Positions 18,598-27,606 of a stretch of DNA of 64,000 nt are shown piece by piece. Position numbers and translations under genes: made by a program. The stretch lies in NCBI GenBank assembly GCA_021850625.1, contig JAJZLJ010000027.1:23389-87388 (forward strand), written 5' to 3'. Every line of letters starts with the position of its first letter. The first letter of the stretch is position 1. Under the pieces are notes generated by a model that worked only from the letters and a program-made list of their open reading frames with translations, was not told where the DNA came from and ran no database searches. Origin of the DNA: Candidatus Micrarchaeota archaeon. GTDB taxonomy: Archaea > Micrarchaeota > Micrarchaeia > Micrarchaeales > CABMGC01.

Positions 18598-20082
18598 TTA
18601 TATTGAAAAATACTTTGTAATTATTTTGTATATATCGTATATTTTAACATCTTTAAAAGCTGGTTTGCCATTTGGCACATATACACCAAAGATGCCCATT
18701 TGAGTATGATCTCCTCGTTTTGGTGGTTCTGGTTCCATAAAAAAATTAATATTTGAAAAATTAAAAATATCTATAGAATAACCTGGTTCAGCATCAACAA
18801 AAAGATCAGGAGCTATGAATTGGGTTTTGGTCTTATAATAATCCTTTGCATCGTATATATTTCTTATTACTAGTTTTCCTTCGCTATTTTTTATAGTAAG
18901 AAGTTTTTTTGATAATAAGGTTTTAAGCCCTTTTATCTCAGTATCCTTAACTATTCCATGTTCAAAACGCTTGTCGTTTATAAATATGGTAGCGACATTT
19001 ATGTTTGATATTCCGGCAAACGCGACTGTTTTTGACATGTCATAATCAAAAAGATGAAGTCTGGTATAACTGCCTGAAGATGCAGAAGAAAATACCGCTC
19101 CTATAGATTTGTGTACTGCTTTTTTGGCAGAATGTGGAAGTTTATCGTAAACCTTTCTTAGACCTGTTTTCATAGCTTTTTCACGTATAGTATATGACAT
19201 AGAAGCTGATTTTTTTTCAGTGTTATTATTCATATTCTTTAGTATTGTATTTTTTATAGATGCGAAGCCGTTCTTTACAAGCCAGCCGTTTATTAGAAAT
19301 TTTTGATTTATTGGCTGTGCACCATGGTCTGATACTACCATAACCATTGCATTTTCCTTTTCTGCAGCTTGGAGGCAGTAGGTTATAAAATTATCTATTG
19401 CACGATATATTGGAAGAGTATAATCATCTGCATTTTTCTTATTAAGAACAAAATGCTGCAGTCGATCCGTTTCGGTAAAACATACATATACAAAAGAATA
19501 TTTTTCCTTTTTAATCATTGATTGCGCTATTCTTGAGCGTGACTCTATACTTTTTACAAAGTGCACTACTGCTTCTTGTTCTGTCATTTTTCCAGCTTTC
19601 ATGTCTTTTTCTATATCTGGCTCTCCATAAAAATTTTCTTTTTTCATTAATTCTTCCAAATAAAGATTGTTTGTCTTTGCTTTTAATGGAAATCCTGTTA
19701 TCATATCTACATTTTTATAGTTAGGCAGGGTAGTGTTCATCGCAGGAGTAATTATAAGGCATTTTCCTGCTTTTTCTGCTATCTTCTTCCAAAAAGGCTC
19801 TGCTTTTTCTGGATTATAAAATGCCAATTCTGGAGTATAATCCTTTTTCATCTCAAAAAAATCAGGTACTCCATGTTCTGATGGATTTAAACCAGTGTAT
19901 ATGCTTGGCCATGCGGCACCAGTCATTGGAGGCATTGTGGATGCCATCTCAGAAAGCATTCCTTTTTCTATCAGCTTTTTAAAGCCTTTAAGGTCATGTT
20001 CATTAGATAGACGAGTTATTAACCATAAAGGCGCAGAATCTATACCTATAAGATAAAGTTTCTTCTTACTCTCAATTAACAA
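18598..20082 (-). CDS. Alkaline-phosphatase-superfamily enzyme (nucleotide pyrophosphatase/phosphodiesterase-like)
   Basis: Motifs are IGIDSAPLW, PPMTGAAWPSIYTGLNPSEHGV and VVSDHG. The ORF is 494 aa with a TTG start. Confidence 0.6.
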   Translation of the reverse strand: MLIESKKKLYLIGIDSAPLWLITRLSNEHDLKGFKKLIEKGMLSEMASTMPPMTGAAWPSIYTGLNPSEHGVPDFFEMKKDYTPELAFYNPEKAEPFWKKIAEKAGKCLIITPAMNTTLPNYKNVDMITGFPLKAKTNNLYLEELMKKENFYGEPDIEKDMKAGKMTEQEAVVHFVKSIESRSRIAQSMIKKEKYSFVYVCFTETDRLQHFVLNKKNADDYTLPIYRAIDNFITYCLQAAEKENAMVMVVSDHGAQPINQKFLINGWLVKNGFASIKNTILKNMNNNTEKKSASMSYTIREKAMKTGLRKVYDKLPHSAKKAVHKSIGAVFSSASSGSYTRLHLFDYDMSKTVAFAGISNINVATIFINDKRFEHGIVKDTEIKGLKTLLSKKLLTIKNSEGKLVIRNIYDAKDYYKTKTQFIAPDLFVDAEPGYSIDIFNFSNINFFMEPEPPKRGDHTQMGIFGVYVPNGKPAFKDVKIYDIYKIITKYFSI

Positions 20083-20113
20083 TTATAACACCAGCTACGA
20101 GCATATATTATTA

Positions 20114-20123
20114 TTTATATAAA
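20114..20123 (+). promoter_or_regulatory. TATA-like box upstream of nth
   Basis: TTTATATAAA is centred about 26 nt upstream of the ATG at 20144. This spacing fits a leaderless archaeal transcript. Confidence 0.35.
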
Positions 20124-20143
20124 AAGATATTTAAGCGGATTCG

Positions 20144-20785
20144 ATGGACCAAAAAATTGAAATTAAAGAAATATTAAAGCTGCTTAAGAAAAAATATGCA
20201 GATAAAATGCATACTGAACTTATACATAAAAATATGATGGAGCTTTTTGTAGCTGTTTTGTTATCTCCTCAATGTTCAGACACTCAAGTGAATAAGGTTA
20301 CAAAAAAATTGTTTATAGATTACAAAACATTCGATGATTTTGCAAAATCAGATATAAAAATACTTACACAAAAATTGAGTAGGCTAAATTACTATAAAAC
20401 AAAGGCTAAGTATTTGAAAACTTCTTCAAAAATAATAACTGAAAGATTTAATGGAGCTGTGCCTAAAAAAATTAATGAACTTCTTGAACTTCCTGGAGTG
20501 GGAAGAAAGGTAGCTAATGTAATATTGAATGAAGGTTATGGGCTCTCTGAGCAGGGAATAGCAATAGATACTCATTGCATAACTGTATCGCAAAGATTAG
20601 GTCTTACTAAAAACAAAACTGCAGATAAAATAGAGATAGATCTAATGAAAATAATACCAAAAAAAGATTGGAAAATAGCATCTAATCTTTTAATTGCATT
20701 GGGAAGAGATACGTGTACAGCAAGAAAGAAATTTTGTAGCGAATGTGTACTTAATAGAGTATGTCAGAGTAGCGAAGTAAGATGA
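20144..20785 (+). CDS. nth: Endonuclease III (HhH-GPD DNA glycosylase/AP lyase with a 4Fe-4S cluster)
   Basis: The HhH motif is LPGVGRKVANVIL. IDTH is present. The C-terminal Cys cluster is CTARKKFCSECVLNRVC. Confidence 0.85.
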   Translation: MDQKIEIKEILKLLKKKYADKMHTELIHKNMMELFVAVLLSPQCSDTQVNKVTKKLFIDYKTFDDFAKSDIKILTQKLSRLNYYKTKAKYLKTSSKIITERFNGAVPKKINELLELPGVGRKVANVILNEGYGLSEQGIAIDTHCITVSQRLGLTKNKTADKIEIDLMKIIPKKDWKIASNLLIALGRDTCTARKKFCSECVLNRVCQSSEVR

Positions 20786-20908
20786 ATATGTGTATTTAAT
20801 ACTAAGTCTATCTTGCTTTTTTACTGCTAATAAAAACTAAGTTAGGAAATTAGTTATATTGACGAAATTAATTACAACAAGCTAATGAGTATAGGCTGTG
20901 TTCTAGAA

Positions 20909-21214
20909 TTATGCAGCATCTATGCTATCTTCAGGGTATCCCAATGATAATAGGGCTTTCTTTACTGCTTCTTTATGCTCGCCCTGTAACTCTATTATTC
21001 CATTCTTTGAAGTACCGCCGCATGCAAGAATACGTTTAAGTTCTTTGGCTGTCTTATCCATTTCGTCACCAGACAAACCTGAAACTACAGTCATGTATTT
21101 TTTGAACTTCTTTCGCTCTGTATATACCTTTATCTTACGATTTGTTTCTTTGTTAAGAACATCGCATACGCAGATCTCCTTTGGAAGACCACACTTAGGA
21201 CAAATATCAGGCAT
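20909..21214 (-). CDS. Translation initiation factor aIF1 / SUI1
   Basis: An N-terminal zinc knuckle (CPKCGLPKEICVC) is followed by the SUI1 core (TVVSGL...LKRILACGGTSKNGIIELQGEH). Confidence 0.85.
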   Translation of the reverse strand: MPDICPKCGLPKEICVCDVLNKETNRKIKVYTERKKFKKYMTVVSGLSGDEMDKTAKELKRILACGGTSKNGIIELQGEHKEAVKKALLSLGYPEDSIDAA

Positions 21215-21411
21215 TAGGTTGCCGCACCTCTTTCATTAAGAAGAGTAAGTATCTGTGCTCTAGTTTTTTTCATCTCGCGAAGCTTAACCTGTTTGCTTGA
21301 TACTCCAGTAGAAACTATCTTTCTTTTTTCTATACTGGTATCTAGCTTAAGATCTACGAGTTTTGCATTTAAAGCCTCAGTAGAAAGTGCCCTTAATTCT
21401 TTTATTTTCAT
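21214..21411 (-). CDS. rpl29: 50S ribosomal protein L29 (uL29)
   Basis: MKIKELRALSTEALNAKLVDLK...KKTRAQILTLLNE is L29-like. The internal Met of the tracked 80-aa ORF is used as the start. Confidence 0.8.
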   Translation of the reverse strand: MKIKELRALSTEALNAKLVDLKLDTSIEKRKIVSTGVSSKQVKLREMKKTRAQILTLLNERGAAT

Positions 21412-21599
21412 AGTATTATTATGTGTAAAAAGATATTTAAACGTTCTTTTTAACATACCGATATTTAATAAAATATCGAAAATAAATTAAGCTTGGCTAT
21501 AAATTCTATATGTTGTCATGGCATACGTAGATAAGTTCTATAACTTCTATTCATTAACCAATTGTAAATTATTACCGATATTTACTAATATTCTGTAAT

Positions 21600-24482
21600 C
21601 TAGGAGGTTGCTATTGGTAATGGAGGGGTTGGAATTGCTGAAGAGTTTTGTTGCCAGGTTATAGTACATTGATTTTGTACATGAACAAAATATCCGCTTC
21701 CTTCGTTTGGTGTTTTTGGATTATAATAATTTTGAGTTGATGAGTTGTAAGAATATAATACAGGGGCACCAGCGTTAGTATAGCATGGACTTAATAACGT
21801 TGTAAATGACTCATTTGTAAGTATAGGTACGCCTATAAGATTCCATCCGGTTTGAAGTGTTTGTTTGAAAGTGCTGTTTTGTACAAATGTTGATGGGAAT
21901 GTAATAACATTTTGACAATTATACCCAGCATATACCCATGCACCGTAATTATCGTTGTAGAGCAAACTGAGAATAGATGTATTTAAAGTCGTATTATCAG
22001 AGTATGCATCAATATATGATTGTGTATAAGGATTATAAAAATATAATGCTTTTACAACGTTGTTACATGTGCCTGAGGAAGTCGCAAGATTTGCATCTTG
22101 AGGAAATGAAATTAGATTCCATCCTTTCGATATATTTAAAGTAATAGTTTTCAATGTTATTGGTGGGGTGGTTGTTGGTAATGTAATTGGTACTGTGGTT
22201 GGTCCTGTGGTTGGTGCCTGAATGATTAATGCAGTCTCTATGATGTTGCCGTTCATTGTTATTATAGAATTACTATTGCTTCCGGTGTAGCTACCTACGC
22301 CAGTACCATTCCAATATATGTAAGAGGTGCCAGCTATATTTGAATATGCAGATATACTTACATTTGTCCCAGCTGGATATAAATGTACTCCAGGAGATGG
22401 TGCTGTAGAGACATATGGAGATTTTGAAATTATGTCTAGGGCGTACTCATTTACAGCTGAGCTTAAAGCAGTCAGAGAAAACTGAGCCCATTTTTGATTT
22501 GCATAACCTGGGAATGTATTGTATAAAGTAAGATATAATTTATTGTTACCTTGTACAATAATTGCATTGCTGCCTGGAGCCACAGTTGTAATATTGGTAA
22601 GAACCCCATTGTAATAGAAACTAAAAGTTGCATCAGATATACTCTGTGCAGTTGGTATACTCAAATCATCTAGTACGACCTTCCATGGCCCAGATGTTGT
22701 GCTGTTCCCAGTATAGAGATCTATACCATTTACAATGTCATATCCTGCCCACTTCTGGTATGAATATAAACCTGGGAAGGTCTGAAGTACATTAATTGAA
22801 ATAGCATAACCATCATACTCGAACGAGGCTACGCCATTCACGTTTATTGTAGTTATGTTAACTAAATTATTATTATAATACACAGCAAATACTGCTGGAG
22901 ATGTGCCTGTTGAGTTAAACTGCCCGACATTTTGCAACACCACAGTCCATGGACCTGAAAAGACCTTCTGTCCAATAAATGAAATCTTTTTACTTGGTGT
23001 ACTATATGCGGCAATTGAGAACCTTGCCCACTTCTGGTATGAATACTCTCCAGGGAATGTCTGATACAGGTATAGGTATATGCCACTGGTCGCATTTCCA
23101 AACGAAGCTGCAGTGCCCGGAGTTACAATTGTATTGCCCACAAGATTGCCTTTATAGTATGCCGAGAATGTTGCAGTAGAAACGCCGCTTGCAGTAGGCG
23201 CACCCAAACTAACCAATACCACAGTCCATGGTCCAGAGGTTATGTTATGATTGACGTATATAATTGTTCCATTAGTAGTAGAGTTTGTGGTTGTTGGATA
23301 TATTGTTGAAGAGGTTGTTGTTGATGAAGTTGTTGAAGAGGTTGTTGTTGATGAAGTTGTTGAAGAGGTTGTTGTTGGTTGAATTACATCCAATGATGCA
23401 GCGCCAGATATTGCTGTGTCGCCACTGCTGTCGGTAACCTGAATTTCGAAGTGATATACACCTGGATTTGCATCTATTGCAATTCCATAATCTGGAGAGG
23501 TACCTTTTTGACCTGCTATTGGAGTATAAGTAGAACTGCCTGGTGCTTCTTCGAAAAGTTGATATGTATAACCACTGCTTCCGCCTGATGCGCCACTGTC
23601 TACAAGTTGCGCAGTTTGTCCTAAATTCATTGGATTGGTTGTTTGGAAGATTGGGGTTGGTATTGTAAGAGGAGATGGAGTTGAGATAGTTACAAGACTT
23701 GTTGGAGATGTAGAATATGTGCCAGAACCTTCACTTGAAATTACTATACAATAATATGTATTTGAGATTGGAGTTACAGTAGGGAATGTAAAACCGCCTG
23801 CAGAATCTTTAACGTTTACCGTTGCTGATATAAGTTCTGTTGCTGTTGAAGGAGTACATGTAGATGAAGATGATGAGTATAAACCTAACGCATATGGGAA
23901 GTTACTTCCGGACCACGTTGTTGAAAATGCAACGCTCTGACCTTTTGTTATTGTTGGATTTAAAGGAGAGATAGTTGGAGATATAGGAAGTGGATAAATA
24001 GATACCGAAGCGACATTTGAGTCTATTGATGCACCGCTACTATCTGTAGCCTGAAGTTGGAAGTAGTAGGTTCCAGGAGTAACTGATGAATTTATTTGAA
24101 ATATATATGATATTTCTATTACACCGTAAAGATTTGATATTTTTAAACCTGATACTTGAGTTGCGGTGCTCTGTGTAGAAAATCTTTTCCATAATTTATA
24201 AGAATATGGAGCAGTGCCGCCTGATGCTCCACCAACTGTAATAATAGTCATGTTTGTATTGCCGTTTGTGACTTGAGTAAAACCTGAAGAAGAACTATAT
24301 AAAGTACTTATTGACAATGGACTAGTTGATAATTGAAATGGAGCCGTAGAGTATGAAGATTGGTTTGATTGTATGTATAAAGGTGCCCCTTGATATAAAG
24401 GTGCAGGATAATATCCAAATGAAAATGAGAATGCCAAAAACCCAACAAATAATGCTATTAACGAGATTAATTTCTTATCCAT
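21600..24482 (-). CDS. 960-aa secreted surface protein/adhesin with Ig-like modules, a Thr/Ser linker and three tandem GPWTVVL...QKWA domains
   Basis: It has a Sec-type signal (LISLIALFVGFLAFSFSF). GG..PYSY/GYTY modules, a TTTSS linker, three repeats of about 90 aa, and C-terminal GWNLIS/GWNLIG motifs follow. Confidence 0.6.
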   Translation of the reverse strand: MDKKLISLIALFVGFLAFSFSFGYYPAPLYQGAPLYIQSNQSSYSTAPFQLSTSPLSISTLYSSSSGFTQVTNGNTNMTIITVGGASGGTAPYSYKLWKRFSTQSTATQVSGLKISNLYGVIEISYIFQINSSVTPGTYYFQLQATDSSGASIDSNVASVSIYPLPISPTISPLNPTITKGQSVAFSTTWSGSNFPYALGLYSSSSSTCTPSTATELISATVNVKDSAGGFTFPTVTPISNTYYCIVISSEGSGTYSTSPTSLVTISTPSPLTIPTPIFQTTNPMNLGQTAQLVDSGASGGSSGYTYQLFEEAPGSSTYTPIAGQKGTSPDYGIAIDANPGVYHFEIQVTDSSGDTAISGAASLDVIQPTTTSSTTSSTTTSSTTSSTTTSSTIYPTTTNSTTNGTIIYVNHNITSGPWTVVLVSLGAPTASGVSTATFSAYYKGNLVGNTIVTPGTAASFGNATSGIYLYLYQTFPGEYSYQKWARFSIAAYSTPSKKISFIGQKVFSGPWTVVLQNVGQFNSTGTSPAVFAVYYNNNLVNITTINVNGVASFEYDGYAISINVLQTFPGLYSYQKWAGYDIVNGIDLYTGNSTTSGPWKVVLDDLSIPTAQSISDATFSFYYNGVLTNITTVAPGSNAIIVQGNNKLYLTLYNTFPGYANQKWAQFSLTALSSAVNEYALDIISKSPYVSTAPSPGVHLYPAGTNVSISAYSNIAGTSYIYWNGTGVGSYTGSNSNSIITMNGNIIETALIIQAPTTGPTTVPITLPTTTPPITLKTITLNISKGWNLISFPQDANLATSSGTCNNVVKALYFYNPYTQSYIDAYSDNTTLNTSILSLLYNDNYGAWVYAGYNCQNVITFPSTFVQNSTFKQTLQTGWNLIGVPILTNESFTTLLSPCYTNAGAPVLYSYNSSTQNYYNPKTPNEGSGYFVHVQNQCTITWQQNSSAIPTPPLPIATS
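23305..23379. repeat. 27-nt tandem repeat (about 2.8 copies) encoding the TTTSSTTSS linker
   Basis: The unit gttgaagaggttgttgttgatgaagtt is repeated head to tail. Confidence 0.8.
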
Positions 24483-24667
24483 AAATATCCCAAGTGTTTC
24501 ATAACCTTATTTAATAAAAATATTTAATAATACCAAGATTAAAAGTGTATACCCATGTATATAAATAAAAATAGAGTTTTGAATATTTTGATATTTTATT
24601 TTTATTAATCAATTTTATTAAAGATTATCAAGGATAAAAATAAAAATAATATGCTGTAAACATATAT

Positions 24668-24718
24668 GTGATATCCTCACACCATGAATGGCGGGGATTT
24701 ACTGCTCACGTTGTTAAA
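24668..24718. repeat. Copy A of a recurring intergenic hairpin element of about 50 nt
   Basis: The sequence is GTGATATCCTCACACCATGAATGGCGGGGATTTACTGCTCACGTTGTTAAA. The outer stem is GUGA/UCAC and the inner stem is AUCCUC/GGGGAU. Confidence 0.5.
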
Positions 24719-24755
24719 TTCTTAAAATACAAAATAAAAATTAAAACTTAAAGAT

Positions 24756-25412
24756 TTAAAAATCTTTTTTCTTTTCAAAGCTTGCAGCTGCTATGTTCTT
24801 AGGTATTGCAACCTGCTTTACCTCTCTGTCAGGGAACTTTGTTCCTGGCTGAACTATACGCACCGTTACGCCTATAGCTCCATATTTAGGATAAGAAGCT
24901 ATTTGTGCAACGTCTACTAGCTTTGCTGAATTTCCAGATTTTGGAAGATAGCCAAGCCTTACCTTTAACTTCTTGGCTCTAGCCCCCTTAGCAGCTAATT
25001 TGCCTTTTGCTATTATCTCTGCTCCAAGCGCTCCATTTTGCATAATCTCTTTTATTGCTGTATGAATAAGTCTTCTAGGATTTATTCCTCTTTCAAGAGA
25101 GTTAGCTATTGATTTGGCAACAAGTCTTGGTTCAAGTTTTGGATTTCCAACCTCAGCAACACTTATCTGAGGATTTTCAAGCTTAAATCTTTTCTTCATC
25201 GTCTCGGTTAATGAATCTATTGTTTCTCCTCCGCGTCCAATTACTCTGCCTGGATTCATAACATAAGGAGTGATTCGTGTTATTATGGGTGTTTTCTGAA
25301 TCTCAACTCTTGAGAAGCCTGCTTTCGAAAGCCGCTCTTCCATATACTTTGAGATTCTCCTTTTTATTATAAGATCCGATATAAACTTTCTTTCTACTAC
25401 CACAAAATTCAC
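24756..25412 (-). CDS. rps3: 30S ribosomal protein S3 (uS3)
   Basis: The KH domain (GRVIGRGGETIDSLTE) and operon position support the call. Confidence 0.9.
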   Translation of the reverse strand: MNFVVVERKFISDLIIKRRISKYMEERLSKAGFSRVEIQKTPIITRITPYVMNPGRVIGRGGETIDSLTETMKKRFKLENPQISVAEVGNPKLEPRLVAKSIANSLERGINPRRLIHTAIKEIMQNGALGAEIIAKGKLAAKGARAKKLKVRLGYLPKSGNSAKLVDVAQIASYPKYGAIGVTVRIVQPGTKFPDREVKQVAIPKNIAAASFEKKKDF

Positions 25413-26239
25413 TCATTTACTGCTTTGTTTTTTTGAAGATCAACTGTATTATCTATATTTGATGAAACGCCTTGAGAGGTACTTGATTTGGCCTTTTCAT
25501 TTGCGTTGCTTTCTTTATTTGTTATTGTTTTTTTATTCTCCTGTGTTTTTGTGCCTTCATTCTTCGATGCCTTTTCAGACTTTGGAGAGTTTAATGCTTT
25601 GGTTTCTGATTTTATTGCAGTAGATTCTTTTTCCTTTTTATTATCTTTCTGCTGTTTTTTCTTTACAGGAGCAATACGTTCAATAGACTCGAATTTCTTA
25701 GATATGTTTGATTTTTTACCTATAAAATACTTCATGTTTTTTGTAATGCCTTTCTCATCAGAACTTCCAAGTATTATCTCTATTTTTGAGTACTCTATAT
25801 CACTGTGCATTAGCGCTGATCTGCCATACATTCCTCTGCCCCATGAAATTCCTCCTTTTGAAGGCTGTCTTCTGACTATATTTGTCTTATTTGCACATGC
25901 ATGTAAAACTATTAACTCCTCACCTGGAAGAGCTTTGTTGTTTGCATTTGCTATAGCATTTAAGAGAACAATTCTTACCTCCTTTGCTGCTTTTATTGGA
26001 TACTTTCCTTTTCTTCCGTGAAGTTCATGTCTTGCACCCATATGCTTATTGTGCCTTTTATATGGTATTGGCATCTCCATACGTGCTAATTTTTCAGTTA
26101 ATGCAACTGCGCTGCTCGCTTTTAAATATCTTACAGCATCGCATACCGCACCAAGATCCTTATAACTTACATTTAGCTCTTCTTTGTAAGCATATGCAAG
26201 ACCTTCATTATTTATTTTTACATTGAATGAATATTTCAT
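25409..26239 (-). CDS. rpl22: 50S ribosomal protein L22 (uL22) with a Lys/Ser/Glu-rich C-terminal extension of about 120 aa
   Basis: The uL22 core covers residues 1 to about 155 (VRYLK..., GRKGKYPIKAAKEV..., RRQPSKGG...). A low-complexity tail follows. Confidence 0.85.
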   Translation of the reverse strand: MKYSFNVKINNEGLAYAYKEELNVSYKDLGAVCDAVRYLKASSAVALTEKLARMEMPIPYKRHNKHMGARHELHGRKGKYPIKAAKEVRIVLLNAIANANNKALPGEELIVLHACANKTNIVRRQPSKGGISWGRGMYGRSALMHSDIEYSKIEIILGSSDEKGITKNMKYFIGKKSNISKKFESIERIAPVKKKQQKDNKKEKESTAIKSETKALNSPKSEKASKNEGTKTQENKKTITNKESNANEKAKSSTSQGVSSNIDNTVDLQKNKAVNE

Positions 26240-26631
26240 TACTTCACCTCTAAGAACTTACTTCCTCTTGTTGCCCTTATTCCAGGCGCAGAGTGCAAAA
26301 CTCTTTTTGTAGAGAAAGAGAACTCGCCAAGTCTGTGACCTAGCATTTCATCAGTGATTATTACATCCTTAAACTCCTTTCCGTTATATACTCCAAAGTG
26401 CAGACCAAGCCATGCAGGAAGTATTACTGCCTCTCGTATATGAGTCTTTATTATTTTATCAGGCTTTTCTTTTTTCTGTTCCTCAACCTTTGCTATTAGC
26501 TCTTTGTACTCATGACCCATTCTCTTCATTGCACGTCTTTGTCTTGAGGTAAGCATCTGCATAAATTGTTCATTGTTTAGCTTTTTTATTTCATCTGCAC
26601 TTTTGCCTCTAAATGTATATAATCTTGGCAT
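26239..26631 (-). CDS. rps19: 30S ribosomal protein S19 (uS19)
   Basis: HIREAVILPAWLGLHFGVYNGKEF and GHRLGEFSFSTK are S19-like. Confidence 0.9.
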   Translation of the reverse strand: MPRLYTFRGKSADEIKKLNNEQFMQMLTSRQRRAMKRMGHEYKELIAKVEEQKKEKPDKIIKTHIREAVILPAWLGLHFGVYNGKEFKDVIITDEMLGHRLGEFSFSTKRVLHSAPGIRATRGSKFLEVK

Positions 26632-26635
26632 AATA

Positions 26636-27352
26636 TCATCTCTTTCTTCTTCCTACTCTTCTTGCTGCAATGTGACCTACCTTTGCTCCTGGAGGTGCGT
26701 TTCTCGAGGTCATACTCGATGCTCCCTTGTGGTGCTGCTTTCCTCCAAAAGGATGATCAACTGGGTTTGACTTTACCCCTCTGTTGGTAGGCCAGGTCCT
26801 GTTAACTGCATGTTTAATATAAAAGTTCTTTCCTGCCTTCATTATTGGTTTTGCTTTTGCTCCGCCTCCTGCTACTGCACCTATCTCTGCACGGCAGTCT
26901 GGACTTAAATCTATGTTTTTCTTTGAAGGTAGTGAAACAGTAACTGAGTTTTGATTATGAGATGCAACAGTTGCAAAATTACCTGCTGCGCGTGTGAGTT
27001 TGCCTCCATCGCCTGGATGTGATTCTATGTTATAAATAGGCATTCCGTCTGGTATCTGACTTAGATTAAGTACGCTTCCAAGGGTTATACTTGCTCCTAT
27101 CCCTTCCTCTATTTTGTCCCCTATCTTTATGCCTTCAGGGGCTATTAATATTGATTCGGTATAATCATCATATCTTATTTTCATTAGAGGCGCGGTGTGT
27201 CCTGGATCATCTATAAACTCTACAACCTCCCCTGTTATCTTGTTGTTAATTGAACGTTTTGAAAATACTACGTCTGCCTTGAAGTGATGTGGCGGTTTTC
27301 TGTATACGTTACTGCCCTTTCCACGCCTTTGCTGTTTGAGTTTCTTTCCCAT
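26636..27352 (-). CDS. rpl2: 50S ribosomal protein L2 (uL2)
   Basis: NPVDHPFGGKQHHKG is present and the C-terminus is basic. Confidence 0.95.
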   Translation of the reverse strand: MGKKLKQQRRGKGSNVYRKPPHHFKADVVFSKRSINNKITGEVVEFIDDPGHTAPLMKIRYDDYTESILIAPEGIKIGDKIEEGIGASITLGSVLNLSQIPDGMPIYNIESHPGDGGKLTRAAGNFATVASHNQNSVTVSLPSKKNIDLSPDCRAEIGAVAGGGAKAKPIMKAGKNFYIKHAVNRTWPTNRGVKSNPVDHPFGGKQHHKGASSMTSRNAPPGAKVGHIAARRVGRRKR

Positions 27353-27357
27353 TTAAA

Positions 27358-27606
27358 TTACACCAATTTAAGCTTCTTTGCTATCTCAGAAGCCTGATAC
27401 TCTTTTTTTAATCGTATATATGCACGTTTAATATTATTAGGTTCTATTACTGTATTTACCTTTGCTACCTTTACCTTGAAGGTATCTTCAAACTCCTTTT
27501 TAATCGCTGCCTTTGTAGAATCGTAAGAAACAACATATATTATTATGTTCTCACGTTCTGTCATGTTAAGTGCTTTTTCTGTTGCTATTGGATATTGAAG
27601 AGTCAT
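27358..27606 (-). CDS. rpl23: 50S ribosomal protein L23 (uL23)
   Basis: The call rests on the 82-aa size, the position between L4 and L2, and the KVAKVNT pattern. Confidence 0.85.
   Translation of the reverse strand: MTLQYPIATEKALNMTERENIIIYVVSYDSTKAAIKKEFEDTFKVKVAKVNTVIEPNNIKRAYIRLKKEYQASEIAKKLKLV

Noticed and set aside
24668-24718. Interpretation of the four-copy hairpin element as C/D-box or H/ACA sRNAs.
   Set aside because: Neither strand has a RUGAUGA plus CUGA box pair or an ACA-terminated pseudouridylation-pocket architecture.
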